NCBI GenBank assembly: GCA_963836235.1
Contig: CAWIIP010000001.1
Coordinates: 64,001 to 128,000, forward strand
DNA from: an uncultured Pseudomonadota bacterium
GTDB lineage: Bacteria > Oederibacteriota > Muellerivitia > Muellerivitales > Muellerivitaceae
Direction: 5' to 3'
DNA length: 64,000 nt
Shown: positions 9,085 to 19,408 of the stretch, piece by piece
Numbering within the stretch: position 1 is the first letter of the stretch
Layout of the letters: each line of letters opens with the position of its first letter
Notes under the pieces: model-generated
What the model was told of the DNA's origin: nothing
Databases searched by the model: none
Seen by the model: the letters and a program-made list of their open reading frames with translations, nothing else
Position numbers and translations under genes: made by a program

Positions 9085-9925
9085 ATTCCAGGATGGCGTC
9101 GATTTTTTTGAAAAGATTTTTGAGTTTGTCTTCCGAGGGAAGAAAGTTTTCCGCGGCAGGTTGGGATTGGGCTGGAGAAGCGGCAGCCGGGGTTGATTTA
9201 GCCTTTTCCAAACTTTCCTGGGCCTGCTTGAATTCGAATTGAACGTGGTCGGACTTCGCTTTCAGATCCTTGATTTCGGCTTGCGCCTCGTCGTTCAACC
9301 CCTCGGCGGCCGCCAAATCCTCTTTTACCTTGTCGAGTTGGAGAGTCAGCGCTTGAACCTGGTTTTGCAACCGGTTGGCTTCTTTTGACGAATCTTCCTC
9401 TTTCAGTTTCGCGCTGTCCATGGCCTTCTTCGCGTTTTCTAATTCCAATTTCTGGCTATCCAAGGCCTTTTGGACATCCTCGAGCCCTTTTTTCGCTTTT
9501 TCAGCCTCGGCTATTTTTTGATCCGATTCTTTTTTGAGTTTCAGGAGCTCGACGGCGGCTTCCTCGAGTTTTTTCCTATTCTCGCTTGTCTCGCCTTTGA
9601 GCTTGTCCCCCTGATCCTTCAACTCCATTGTGTGTTTGAGGGACCCGTCGGCGGATTTTTTCATTTCCAGGAGATTTTTCTCGAGGGTTTCAATCAGCCG
9701 GAGGTTTTCGCTTTTTACTTTTTCCAGGCGGTGGAGCTCGTCGGCGATGTTCATGGAAACCAGGATGGCCACCTTGGCGGCGGGGGCGGAGGATTTCTTG
9801 CTGACCTCGCCCATTTTCGCGTCCACGAATTTGGCCAGTTCAGCGATATATTGGGGGTCGGCTTCGCCCTTTAAAGTGTATTCGTTGCCATAGATCGTGA
9901 CGGTAACGGCTTTTTTCTCGCTCAT
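9083..9925 (-). CDS. zapA: Cell division protein ZapA with a long coiled-coil extension
   Basis: N-terminal VTIYGNEYTL...LAKFVDAKM...AILVSMNIADEL is a ZapA signature. Lies downstream of pheT and the zapB-like gene. About 170 extra coiled-coil residues. Confidence 0.85.
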   Translation of the reverse strand: MSEKKAVTVTIYGNEYTLKGEADPQYIAELAKFVDAKMGEVSKKSSAPAAKVAILVSMNIADELHRLEKVKSENLRLIETLEKNLLEMKKSADGSLKHTMELKDQGDKLKGETSENRKKLEEAAVELLKLKKESDQKIAEAEKAKKGLEDVQKALDSQKLELENAKKAMDSAKLKEEDSSKEANRLQNQVQALTLQLDKVKEDLAAAEGLNDEAQAEIKDLKAKSDHVQFEFKQAQESLEKAKSTPAAASPAQSQPAAENFLPSEDKLKNLFKKIDAILE

Positions 9926-9988
9926 GGTTTTCCTTGGAGCTTAACCGGGCGCTGAAAAAGTATTTTTCGGCGCCCGGTCGACAGCCCG

Positions 9989-10300
9989 TTAATGTTCTTC
10001 CAGCTTCAGCTCGCTGGCTAAGGATTCAATTCGCTGCAGGTTTTGTTTCACCTGTTTTAAATCTTCCAAGGCGTTTTCGTATTGTTTCCGGAGTTTTTGG
10101 TTTTCCTCGGGCGCAGGCGACTCCTCCGCCAGGGGCATATCCTTTAACTGGTTCCGCAAAAGGACATTTTCCTTCATCAATTGGGCGTTGGCGTTCCGAA
10201 GTTGGACGATTCCCTCTAAAAGGCGGTTAATCCGCTTTTCCAAGTCCTCCCATAGGGATTTGGGGGCCGGAGGATGCCCGAATAGGTCATCGGAGTGCAA
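9989..10300 (-). CDS. ZapB-like coiled-coil protein
   Basis: WEDLEKRINRLLEGIVQLRNAN heptads; position between pheT and zapA. Confidence 0.65.
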   Translation of the reverse strand: MHSDDLFGHPPAPKSLWEDLEKRINRLLEGIVQLRNANAQLMKENVLLRNQLKDMPLAEESPAPEENQKLRKQYENALEDLKQVKQNLQRIESLASELKLEEH

Positions 10301-12698
10301 TGGAATACCTCGATTTCAAGCCATCCACAATCTGGGATACTTTTTGGGCCACTTCCTGGTCGGTCAAGGTCCGTTCCTCGTTCAAGAATTGCATCCGGTA
10401 GGCGAGGCTTCGAACGCCGGTGGAAAGATGGGGGCCCCGATAAAGGTCAAATAAATGGACCTTTTTTAGATCCGGTTTTCCCATCTCTTCGATGGCCACC
10501 AAAACCTGGGTTGATGTTACACCATCCGGAACCATTAGGGCAATGTCCCTCCAAGCGGCGGGGAACTTGGGCAGGGGATGGTAGCTCTTGGAAGCCTGTG
10601 GAGCCTGTTGGAAAGCCTCGGGTTCTATTTCCAAAGCGAAAGCTGGAACGGAAATGTCATATTCCTTGAGGACTTTAGGGTGGAGGGCTCCGCCCCGGGC
10701 CAAAAGTTGTCCCCGCGGGGTCTTCACCTCGAAATTTTGAACCGGGTCATAGGGGGCCGACGCCGGTTGAAAGCTCCATTCGAATTCCGTAAGACCACAA
10801 TTGGAGAGAATGCTTTCCACCAAGCCTTTGATATCGTAAAAGTCGGATTTTCGTTCCGGACTATGCCATTGGGCTTGGGAGGCCACTCCGGCCACAATCG
10901 CCGCCACCTGGATTCTTTCCGTAACCCGGCCCTCGGGACCGGGGGTGAAAACCTTATTCATCTCATATAGAGAAGCGGTTTCTTGCTGGTGGGAAAGGTT
11001 AAGCTGGATATTCGCAAGCAGGGAAGGCAGAAGCGATGGCCGTAAAACCCGCTGGTCGTCGGTGATGGGATTGGCGACTTCCTGAAACCGGCGTAAGGGG
11101 TGGTCTTCCGGCAGTTTGAGCTTTTGGGGAAAGGTTGAGGCCAAAAAAGTGGAATTGACCGCTTCATAAAAACCCGCTTGATGGAGGCTCGACCGGATTT
11201 CCTTTTCAAATGGGATCTCCGATCCGAGGGGAAAAAGAAAAGAAGGGATATTGGGGGAGACCACCGGGATTTTGTCATATCCGGAAAGCCGGGCCATTTC
11301 CTCGATCAGGTCGATCTCACGGGTCAAATCCAATCGATGGCTGGGGCATTGGACCGATAGCGTTTTGGATTTGGCGGTTCCTTTGACCTTGCATCCCAGG
11401 TTATTGAGAATTTGAATCTGAGTTTTGGCGGGTATCTCCAAGCCCAAAAGGGCATGAGTTCTTTGTGGCCGAAAGATAACCGGGGGATTTTTAATCGTCT
11501 TAGTCGAAACGGCGCCAATGCCCTTGGCTAAGTGGCCACCGGCCACTTCGAGAATCAGCGCAACGGCCCTTTCTAAGGCCGCTTGCACCCCTTTTGGATC
11601 CACGCCACGCTCGAAGCGGTAGGAAGAGTCCGTAGATATGCCGAAATGCCGCGCGGTTTTGCGCACACTACCCGGTAGAAATTGAGCCGACTCCAAGAGG
11701 ATATTTTGGGTTTGGCCGGTTACCTGGGAATTGCTACCGCCCATGATTCCGGCCAAGGCGATGGGACGGTCGGCATCGGCGATCACCAGCATATGATCCT
11801 TCAGTTCGCGTTCCGTGCCGTCCAGAAGCGAAATTTTCTCTCCCTGGGCCGCTGTCCGCACGAGGATTTGACGGCCATGGATTTGTCCCAGGTCGAAAGC
11901 GTGAAGGGGCTGGCCGGTTTCCAAGAGGACGAAGTTCGTCACATCAACAATGTTGTTGATGGAACGTTGGCCCATTTTTTCCAAGGCTTGAGCCAGCCAT
12001 TTCGGGGAAGGGCCTACTTTGACTTCCTCAATGGCTCGGCAGGTATAGAGGTGGCATAAATCTTTAGCTTCAATTTTAATGTGGATCAGCTTGGAGGTGG
12101 CGATGGAGCTTTCTTTGGGCTTCTTCGACTTGGGATATTGGACGGGTTTGTGGAAAAGGGCCCCCAATTCGCGCGCCACGCCCCAATGACTTAAAAGGTC
12201 GGCACGGTTCGGGGTAATCTCGAGTACAAAAAGGGTGTCAGGTAAGCCCGAGTAGTTGAGAAACTCAGCCCCGAGGGGCGCATCGGGCGGCAAAATCAGG
12301 ATACCTTCGGCATCTTCCGCCAAACCCAGTTCCTTGGCCGAACAAAGCATTCCAAAGGATTCGACTCCACGGATCTTGGCCGCCTTGATCTCGAAATTGC
12401 CCGGAAGAACGGCTCCCACTAAGGCCAGGGGCACCTTTTGCCCGGGCGCAATATTTTTAGCGCCGCAAACAACCTGGAAAGTTTCTTTTCCGGTGGAAAC
12501 CTTGGTGAGGGATAGGCGATCGGCCTGGGGGTGTTTCTCAACGGACAAAAGTTCCGCCACCACCACGTGGGTGATGTCCCGGCCTAAGTGCTTGACGTTT
12601 TCAACCGCGACGCCCGCGTGGATCAACCGTTCGAGAACGGTTTCGACGGATTCTTTCAGCTGAATATATTGTTTAAGCCAGTTAAAAGAGATGAGCAT
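10287..12698 (-). CDS. pheT: Phenylalanine-tRNA ligase beta subunit
   Basis: MLISFNWL, HPQADRL, TPNRADLLS, SYRFERG, DLIEE, ferredoxin-fold anticodon-binding domain. Has its own TTGACA-17-TAAACT promoter. Confidence 0.97.
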   Translation of the reverse strand: MLISFNWLKQYIQLKESVETVLERLIHAGVAVENVKHLGRDITHVVVAELLSVEKHPQADRLSLTKVSTGKETFQVVCGAKNIAPGQKVPLALVGAVLPGNFEIKAAKIRGVESFGMLCSAKELGLAEDAEGILILPPDAPLGAEFLNYSGLPDTLFVLEITPNRADLLSHWGVARELGALFHKPVQYPKSKKPKESSIATSKLIHIKIEAKDLCHLYTCRAIEEVKVGPSPKWLAQALEKMGQRSINNIVDVTNFVLLETGQPLHAFDLGQIHGRQILVRTAAQGEKISLLDGTERELKDHMLVIADADRPIALAGIMGGSNSQVTGQTQNILLESAQFLPGSVRKTARHFGISTDSSYRFERGVDPKGVQAALERAVALILEVAGGHLAKGIGAVSTKTIKNPPVIFRPQRTHALLGLEIPAKTQIQILNNLGCKVKGTAKSKTLSVQCPSHRLDLTREIDLIEEMARLSGYDKIPVVSPNIPSFLFPLGSEIPFEKEIRSSLHQAGFYEAVNSTFLASTFPQKLKLPEDHPLRRFQEVANPITDDQRVLRPSLLPSLLANIQLNLSHQQETASLYEMNKVFTPGPEGRVTERIQVAAIVAGVASQAQWHSPERKSDFYDIKGLVESILSNCGLTEFEWSFQPASAPYDPVQNFEVKTPRGQLLARGGALHPKVLKEYDISVPAFALEIEPEAFQQAPQASKSYHPLPKFPAAWRDIALMVPDGVTSTQVLVAIEEMGKPDLKKVHLFDLYRGPHLSTGVRSLAYRMQFLNEERTLTDQEVAQKVSQIVDGLKSRYSIALR

Positions 12699-12751
12699 TG
12701 GGGATCCGTAAAGAAGTATTGAAAAACCAGAAAAAACCTAAATTTTTAAGA

Positions 12752-12780
12752 AGTTTAGAGTAGAGCTTAGGGACTGTCAA
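12752..12780 (-). promoter_or_regulatory. Sigma70 promoter of pheT
   Basis: TTGACA-gtccctaagctctactc (17)-TAAACT on the minus strand. Confidence 0.65.
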
Positions 12781-12970
12781 CAATAGCCGTCAGTGGGCCG
12801 ATTGCCGCTCGCGGTTGATCGCAATGTCCAAGACAAGGAGACTTGGCTTGTTTTTTGATGATTTTCAAGAGTCGTGAATATATGCTGTCACTTCTTAGAC
12901 GCGGGTTTTTGTTCGCTGTGGGTCGCGTGCCCCGGCTTTCAGACGTATTTCACGAAAGGTGGTGATGAGA

Positions 12971-14066
12971 TTGGCGTTGTTCGAATTGGACGTCAAGTCT
13001 CTGGAGAGAAAGTTTACCGAAGTGAGGGATCATCTTTGACCCCGCTCAAGTTAAGCGGGACATAGAGCGGCTCGAAGACCAGACCACCCAGCCCAAGTTT
13101 TGGGACGATCCTAAAAGTGCGCAGTCCGTGACCGCGCAATTGGCCCGGTTGAAAGACACCATGGCCTTGGTGCAGGATTTCGAGAAACAATATCACGACC
13201 TGCTCACCTATAACGAATTGCTTAAGGAACAGCACGATCCCACCCTGATCGCCGAAATGGAGCAAAGCCACAAGAAGTTCGAAACGGACTTTCGCAACTT
13301 CGAGCTCAAGCGGAATTTCAGCGGCAAGTATGACTTCAATAACGCCTATGTTTCCATTCATCCCGGGGCGGGAGGCACGGAAAGCCAGGACTGGGCTTCC
13401 ATGCTTTTGCGCATGTACCTGCGGTGGATGGAATCCAAAGGCTATGAGGTAGAAACGCTCGATTACCAGGTGGCGGAAGAGGCGGGCATCAAATCCGTGT
13501 CCCTTTTCGTAAAAGGGCCCTGGGCCTATGGCTTTCTCAAAGTTGAGAAGGGTGTCCACCGATTGGTCCGTATTTCTCCCTTTGACGCCAATAAACGCCG
13601 TCATACTTCCTTTTCTTCCGTCGACGTCATGCCGGAAGTGGACGATGTGGAGTTTGAACTAAGATGGGACGACATTAAGTTCGATACCTTTCGTTCGGGC
13701 GGCAAGGGAGGCCAGAACGTCAATAAGGTCGAGACGGCGGTAAGACTGACCCACATCCCCACGGGCCTCATTGTGGCCTGTCAGACCCAGCGCTCCCAGC
13801 TTCAAAATAAGGAACAGGCGTTGAAGATGTTGAAGGCCAAATTGTTCCAATATCACCAGGACCTGCATGACGAGGAGATGTCGAAGGTCGCCGGGGCCAA
13901 GAAAAAGATCGAGTGGGGAAGCCAGATTCGGTCCTACGTTTTCCAGCCCTACCAAATGGCCAAGGACCACCGCACGAACGTGGAAATGAACGATATTAAC
14001 CGGGTAATGGATGGGGATATCGATCCTTTCATCGAAGCGGCCCTCAAGGCCAAGTTAGTTGATTAA
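12971..14066 (+). CDS. prfB: Peptide chain release factor 2 (programmed +1 frameshift)
   Basis: TTG start at 12971 gives [22 protein letters not shown], then CTT TGA C (13034-13040) preceded by an internal SD-like GAGGGA. The +1 frame continues DPAQVK...FWDD into ORF 13128..14066, which has SPF and GGQ. Confidence 0.95.
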
Positions 14067-14113
14067 TTTTTAAATGTTATACTGGCTGTCCACTTCAAGG
14101 AGTTTTTTTAAAA

Positions 14114-15622
14114 ATGTCCGAACTCAACGAATTCATTAAAGTCCGTATCGACAAGTTGAAGGCGCTGAAAGAAAAAGGGATTAATCCCTATCCTTCCGCG
14201 GCTTTCGCCATTAGCCGTCACTCGGCGGAAATTTTAGAAAAATACAAGGACCTTCAGGCCGGGGAACACAAAGAATCGGAGAAAGTCTCCATAGCGGGAA
14301 GATTGATGACTATTCGAGGAATGGGGAAAAGTTCTTTCGCCCATATTCTCGATAGCCTTGGAAAGATCCAGATATACGTTAAAAAAGACGGCGTGGGTGA
14401 AAAGGCCTACGAAATCTTCAATTTATTGGATTTGGGAGACATCATCGGCATCAAAGGATTTCCTTTTAAAACAAAAACCGGCGAAGTCAGTATCCATGTC
14501 GAGTCTTTTGAAATCCTCTGCAAGTCCCTGCATCAGTTGCCGGAGAAGTGGCATGGCCTCACCGATGTCGAGGCCCGTTACCGCCATCGTTACGTGGATT
14601 TGATCGTCAATGACGCGGTCCGAAAGACTTTTGAAACCCGTTCTAAAGTTGTTGGAGCTATGCGCAAACACCTGGATGGAACGGGGTTTCTAGAAGTAGA
14701 AACCCCCATGATGCATCCCATCCCCGGCGGGGCCGCGGCCAAGCCCTTTTTGACCCATCACAACGCGTTGGATATGGATTTATTCCTGCGAATCGCCCCG
14801 GAACTTTATTTGAAACGACTTTTGGTGGGTGGTTTCGAGAAAGTTTATGAGATCAACCGCAATTTCCGCAATGAAGGCATCAGTATTAAGCACAATCCCG
14901 AATTCACCATGCTGGAGGCTTACCAGGCCTATGGGAACAATGAGACGGTAATGGCCCTGACCGAACAACTTTTGGCTGAAGCGGCCAAAGCCGCCGGGCA
15001 AGGCGTCAAGATTACGGTGGGTGATACCGAGTTAGACTTCACGCCTCCTTTTAAACGGATTCCACTTTTTCGGGCTTTGGAAGAGTTTGCTGGAATCGAA
15101 TATGACGAAATCTCGATGGACGACTTGAAGAAACGATTGAAAACGACGGCCGCCCAGGTAAAGCATGTGGATTCCTTGTCTAAGGCTGAACTGGCTTACC
15201 TTCTTTTCGGAGAGTTGGTGGAACCCAACTTGATTCAACCGACTTTTATCACCGATTTCCCGGTCGAAGTTTCACCGCTGGCCAAAGCCAAAACCGACAA
15301 TCCCGAATTGACGGAGCGATTCGAACTTTTCATTTTGGGGCGTGAAATCGCCAATGGATTTTCCGAGTTGAATGACCCGATTGACCAGCGCCGCCGTTTT
15401 GAAAAACAAGTGGAATTGCGCAAGGCCGGGGACGAAGAAGGGATGTTTCTTGACGAGGACTTCATCCTGGCCCTTTCTTACGGCATGCCGCCCGCGGGAG
15501 GTGTCGGCATCGGAATCGACCGTCTTTTGATGCTTCTGACCAACAGCCCCTCCATCCGTGATGTCATCCTATTTCCGTTACTGCGTCAAAAGGATGACAC
15601 TGAAAAAATGATATTTGAATAA
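14114..15622 (+). CDS. lysS: Lysine-tRNA ligase (class II)
   Basis: GGAAAKPF, LRIAPELYLKRL, HNPEFTMLE, YGMPPAGGVGIGIDR. Confidence 0.97.
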   Translation: MSELNEFIKVRIDKLKALKEKGINPYPSAAFAISRHSAEILEKYKDLQAGEHKESEKVSIAGRLMTIRGMGKSSFAHILDSLGKIQIYVKKDGVGEKAYEIFNLLDLGDIIGIKGFPFKTKTGEVSIHVESFEILCKSLHQLPEKWHGLTDVEARYRHRYVDLIVNDAVRKTFETRSKVVGAMRKHLDGTGFLEVETPMMHPIPGGAAAKPFLTHHNALDMDLFLRIAPELYLKRLLVGGFEKVYEINRNFRNEGISIKHNPEFTMLEAYQAYGNNETVMALTEQLLAEAAKAAGQGVKITVGDTELDFTPPFKRIPLFRALEEFAGIEYDEISMDDLKKRLKTTAAQVKHVDSLSKAELAYLLFGELVEPNLIQPTFITDFPVEVSPLAKAKTDNPELTERFELFILGREIANGFSELNDPIDQRRRFEKQVELRKAGDEEGMFLDEDFILALSYGMPPAGGVGIGIDRLLMLLTNSPSIRDVILFPLLRQKDDTEKMIFE

Positions 15623-15661
15623 ATCCCATTTACTACTTTTGAATTTTGCTGAAGAGGTTGG

Positions 15662-16915
15662 ATGAAATACCCATTTGAAATCTTCCTCGGGCTTCGCTAT
15701 CTCCGTTCCAAGCGTAAGCGCTCGGCCATTTCCATTCTCACTTGGCTTTCGGTTTTGGGCGTGGCCATTGGCGTGATGGCTCTCAACGTCGTTTTATCCG
15801 TCATGAATGGTTTCGATGAGGATTTAAAATCAAAGATCGTCGGGCTTAATGCCCATATCATCGTATCCGGTTTCCAAAACAGGCCTCTTTCCGACTACGA
15901 TCAAATCACTCAAATCATTAAAAAAATGGATCATGTGAAGGCGGTGGGGCCTTACATGGAAGGCCAAGCTCTCGCCCGTTCGCGGGAACGTTCCCTGGGG
16001 GTCATGGTATGGGGAATCGACCCGGACGCGCCCCAAGCTATCGCGGATTTGAATAAGTACTTATGGCAAGTGAAAGCCACGGCTCTTAAAAACCCTTTCG
16101 CCGATGGTTCGGGTAGGGGTGAAAGGATTTTCTTGGGGGCGGAATTGGCCCGCCGCCTTCAGGTTAGTGTGGGGGATGATTTAATTCTTTTCCTCCCAAT
16201 CCTTCAACAAACCCCCCTGGGTATGATGCCCAAGAGCATGAAATTCCAGATTGTGGGGTTGTTTTCAACCGGGATGTACGACTATGACGAGGCCTATACC
16301 TATGTTTCAATCGAAAACGGGCAAAAGATGTATCAATTCACGAATAACGTGACGGGAGTGGCTATCAAGGTAGACAACGTGGATCAGGCGCCAGAGGTAG
16401 CCAAGGCCATCCGAGAAAGGTTCGAGGGCCGGTATTTCGTCCAGGACTGGCTCCAAATGAACCATAATCTTTTCGTGGCGCTTCAAACGGAGAAGTGGGT
16501 GATGGGCATCATTCTTTCCCTCATCGTCCTGGTGGCATCCCTTAATATCATCAACCCCCTAACCATGATGGTCATCGAGAAGACAAAGGAAATCGGCATC
16601 TTGAAGGCCATGGGCGCGACCGACCGGAGCGTAATGTCCATTTTTATTTTCGAGGGCATGTTCATTGGCGTCATCGGTATTATCGTTGGCTTGATAGGCG
16701 GTTTCGTACTTTGCGAGATTATCGCCAGGGTGCCGATCCCTATGCCGGGCGGGGGAATGGTTTATTACATCGACCGACTGCCGGTAAAGGTTGATCCCAA
16801 AGTTTGTTATTTCATTATCCCTGTGATGTCGGTCCTGCTTTGTTTTATTTCGACTCTTTATCCCGCGCGACAGGCGGCCAAGCTGGAGCCGGTCGACGCT
16901 ATCCGCTACAGTTAA
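15662..16915 (+). CDS. Lipoprotein-releasing ABC transporter permease LolC/E
   Basis: RYLRSK, VLSVMNGF, KEIGILKAMGA, YYIDRLP, TLYPA motifs; upstream of lolD. Confidence 0.9.
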   Translation: MKYPFEIFLGLRYLRSKRKRSAISILTWLSVLGVAIGVMALNVVLSVMNGFDEDLKSKIVGLNAHIIVSGFQNRPLSDYDQITQIIKKMDHVKAVGPYMEGQALARSRERSLGVMVWGIDPDAPQAIADLNKYLWQVKATALKNPFADGSGRGERIFLGAELARRLQVSVGDDLILFLPILQQTPLGMMPKSMKFQIVGLFSTGMYDYDEAYTYVSIENGQKMYQFTNNVTGVAIKVDNVDQAPEVAKAIRERFEGRYFVQDWLQMNHNLFVALQTEKWVMGIILSLIVLVASLNIINPLTMMVIEKTKEIGILKAMGATDRSVMSIFIFEGMFIGVIGIIVGLIGGFVLCEIIARVPIPMPGGGMVYYIDRLPVKVDPKVCYFIIPVMSVLLCFISTLYPARQAAKLEPVDAIRYS

Positions 16916-16922
16916 GGGACTT

Positions 16923-17603
16923 ATGGAAATCCTCAAAGTCGACAACGCGACCAAGACTTACCATATGGAGGGCGAAGAAGTACGTGCCCTTCGGGACGTC
17001 AGCTTTTCATTGGATGCGGGCGATATTACGGTCATTCTTGGTCCTTCAGGTTCCGGAAAGAGCACCCTTTTGACCCTCATGGGGGGCTTGGGCAGTCCGT
17101 CCGAGGGTAAGGTGTATTGTAAGGGAAAGTCCCTTTACGACATGAACGGCGAGGAATTGGCTTTTTGGCGCAACAAACTTTTCGGATTCATATTCCAGTT
17201 CCACCACTTGATGCCGGAGCTTACCGCGTTGGAAAATGTCATTTTGCCGGGCCAAATAGCCCGCAAAGAATATGAAGACTGCCGGGTGAGGGCGGAGAAA
17301 CTTTTGGCCCATGTTGGATTAAGGGATCGGATGACCCACAAACCAGGGGAATTGTCCGGCGGAGAACAACAGAGAGTGGCCGTATGCCGGGCTTTAATGA
17401 ATGAGCCGGAAATTATCCTTGCCGACGAACCAACAGGCAATCTGGACGTCAAAACGGCGGAGGGAATCCATGATGTGCTTTGGGAGCTATGTCAAAAAGA
17501 GGGGCGGACGTTGATTGTGGTGACGCATTATGAGCCCCTTGCCAAACGGGCGGATCAAATATTAACCCTCAACGCGGGGCAAGTTGTTAAGAAGAGAACT
17601 TAA
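16923..17603 (+). CDS. lolD: Lipoprotein-releasing ABC transporter ATPase
   Basis: GPSGSGKST, FQFHHLMPE, LSGGEQQR, ADEPTGNLD. Confidence 0.9.
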   Translation: MEILKVDNATKTYHMEGEEVRALRDVSFSLDAGDITVILGPSGSGKSTLLTLMGGLGSPSEGKVYCKGKSLYDMNGEELAFWRNKLFGFIFQFHHLMPELTALENVILPGQIARKEYEDCRVRAEKLLAHVGLRDRMTHKPGELSGGEQQRVAVCRALMNEPEIILADEPTGNLDVKTAEGIHDVLWELCQKEGRTLIVVTHYEPLAKRADQILTLNAGQVVKKRT

Positions 17604-17624
17604 AACTAATTTTTTGGAGTTTTT

Positions 17625-18191
17625 ATGCTTTGTCAAAGATGTCAACAACGCCAAGCCACTGTTTTTTTCTCGCAGACCATCGGTAACCAAACGACCCAGG
17701 CTCATTTGTGCGAAGTTTGTGCCCGGGAGCAAACCCAGGGATATGGCGGCATGAGTCCTTTTGCTTTTAATCCCTTTTCCGCCCTCTCGGATTTTCTCAA
17801 TAATTTCATGAATTGGAACGAGGGCGCTATCGCCGAAGTGAATTCGGGGCGGACCGGTTCGGTGGCGGTCGATCCCCAACTCCAATGTCCCTATTGTGGT
17901 TACCAACTTTCAACTTTCCGGCAAAATGGCCGCTTGGGATGCACCAAGTGTTATGAATCCTTTAAGAGCGCCCTGCAGCCTTTGATTTCCAGCATTCACG
18001 GAAATGTCCAACATGTTGATGAGGGTGTGGACTTGAAAAAACCCGAAAATCAAGCAGCGGCATCGGGGGAAAATATTTCAAGCCCTGAAATCAAGGCTTT
18101 GAGGGAGAAACTAAAACAACTCATTGCGAGCGAAAAGTTCGAGGATGCGGCCCGTTTGCGGGATCAAATCAAAAACTTGGAGAATGACTAA
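17625..18191 (+). CDS. mcsA: Arginine kinase activator McsA
   Basis: Four CxxC motifs, GRLGC, IHG..QH, C-terminal UVR motif (EKFEDAARLRDQI). Confidence 0.92.
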   Translation: MLCQRCQQRQATVFFSQTIGNQTTQAHLCEVCAREQTQGYGGMSPFAFNPFSALSDFLNNFMNWNEGAIAEVNSGRTGSVAVDPQLQCPYCGYQLSTFRQNGRLGCTKCYESFKSALQPLISSIHGNVQHVDEGVDLKKPENQAAASGENISSPEIKALREKLKQLIASEKFEDAARLRDQIKNLEND

Positions 18192-19253
18192 ATGGCTTTC
18201 GAGGACCTGTTGGCTTGCGAAGATGACTGGTTCCTGAAAACGGGGCCTTCCTGCGATGTGGTTGTTTCCAGCCGAGTGCGACTCGCCCGCAACTTAGAGG
18301 GAAGGAAGTTTCCTCATCACGCCAGCGCAATCGAGCAAAAACTGGTGGTGGATGAAGTACAAACCGCAGTTGGAACTCTATCACAAGCCAACGGTCTCAA
18401 GTTCGTCCGCTTAAATGAAATTTCCTCCCTTGACCGCCAATTTTTGACGGAACACCAACTGATCTCCGCCGAACACGCGGCAAGCTTGGGGGAAAGGGCC
18501 GTTGCTTTTGATTCCAAGGAGGGCCTGAGTTTTCTCATCAATGAGGAAGATCATTTGAGACTTCAGGCATTCCGGACCGGGTTGAACCTGAAGGAAGCCT
18601 TTCAGTATTTGACGCAAATCGACCAGAACCTCGGCCAAAAGCTTCAATATGCCAAAGATACGCAATTGGGTTACCTAACCGCCTGTCCGACCAATCTGGG
18701 GATGGCTCTACGAGCCAGCGTGATGCTCCATCTTCCGGCTCTGGTTTATACCAACCGGGCGGCCCAGGTTTTTCAGGGGGTCACCCAGGTTGGTTTGACA
18801 GTCCGGGGTCTTCAAGGAGAAACGACCCAGGTGGCCAGCGCCTTTTTCCAAATTTCCAACCAATCCTCACTTGGTAAAAGGGGGGTAGAGATCGTCGACC
18901 ATGTGGACCGGGTCGCCCACCAATTGGTGGAAGTGGAACTACAAACCCAAAAAGCTGTTTTCCAACAAGAAGGCCTAAAGCTTCAGGATCGCATTTGTCG
19001 GGCGCTGGGTACCCTTCGGAGCGCTAAAATTATTAGCCTTCAGGAAGCTTTGGACGGGCTTTCGGCTATCCGAGTTGGGGTGGAGCAAAAGATTTTAACC
19101 GGCATCGACTTGCCAAAACTCAACAGTCTTCTGATCTTGATACAACCGGCCCACTTAGCCAAAATTGCGGCACGGGAGTTAAACCCGGAGCAGGAGGCGA
19201 TGGAAAGAGCGGGGATTTTAGGGATGTATTTGAAGACAGCTGAAGCAGCTTAA
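18192..19253 (+). CDS. mcsB: Protein arginine kinase
   Basis: SSRVRLARN, NEEDHLR, GYLTACPTNLG, RASVMLHLP, FQISNQ. Confidence 0.93.
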   Translation: MAFEDLLACEDDWFLKTGPSCDVVVSSRVRLARNLEGRKFPHHASAIEQKLVVDEVQTAVGTLSQANGLKFVRLNEISSLDRQFLTEHQLISAEHAASLGERAVAFDSKEGLSFLINEEDHLRLQAFRTGLNLKEAFQYLTQIDQNLGQKLQYAKDTQLGYLTACPTNLGMALRASVMLHLPALVYTNRAAQVFQGVTQVGLTVRGLQGETTQVASAFFQISNQSSLGKRGVEIVDHVDRVAHQLVEVELQTQKAVFQQEGLKLQDRICRALGTLRSAKIISLQEALDGLSAIRVGVEQKILTGIDLPKLNSLLILIQPAHLAKIAARELNPEQEAMERAGILGMYLKTAEAA

Positions 19254-19408
19254 CGACCGCTCATAGTTTGCGCTTACAAGTTGGTCAACAGGAACCGGAA
19301 TTTAACCCTGATGGACTCAAATCCATCCGGCAATTATGACTCTAATCATTGATTTATGGGCCTAATTCAGTTGAAATAGGCCGCAAGCCATCCTTTAAGG
19401 AGAAAGCC

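Noticed and set aside
12874-13065. 63-aa ORF upstream of prfB
   Set aside because: It is in neither frame used by RF2; the true N-terminus starts at 12971.
19254-19408. Possible CtsR or CIRCE operator between mcsB and clpC
   Set aside because: Only one GGTCAA half-site; no heptad direct repeat or CIRCE inverted repeat.
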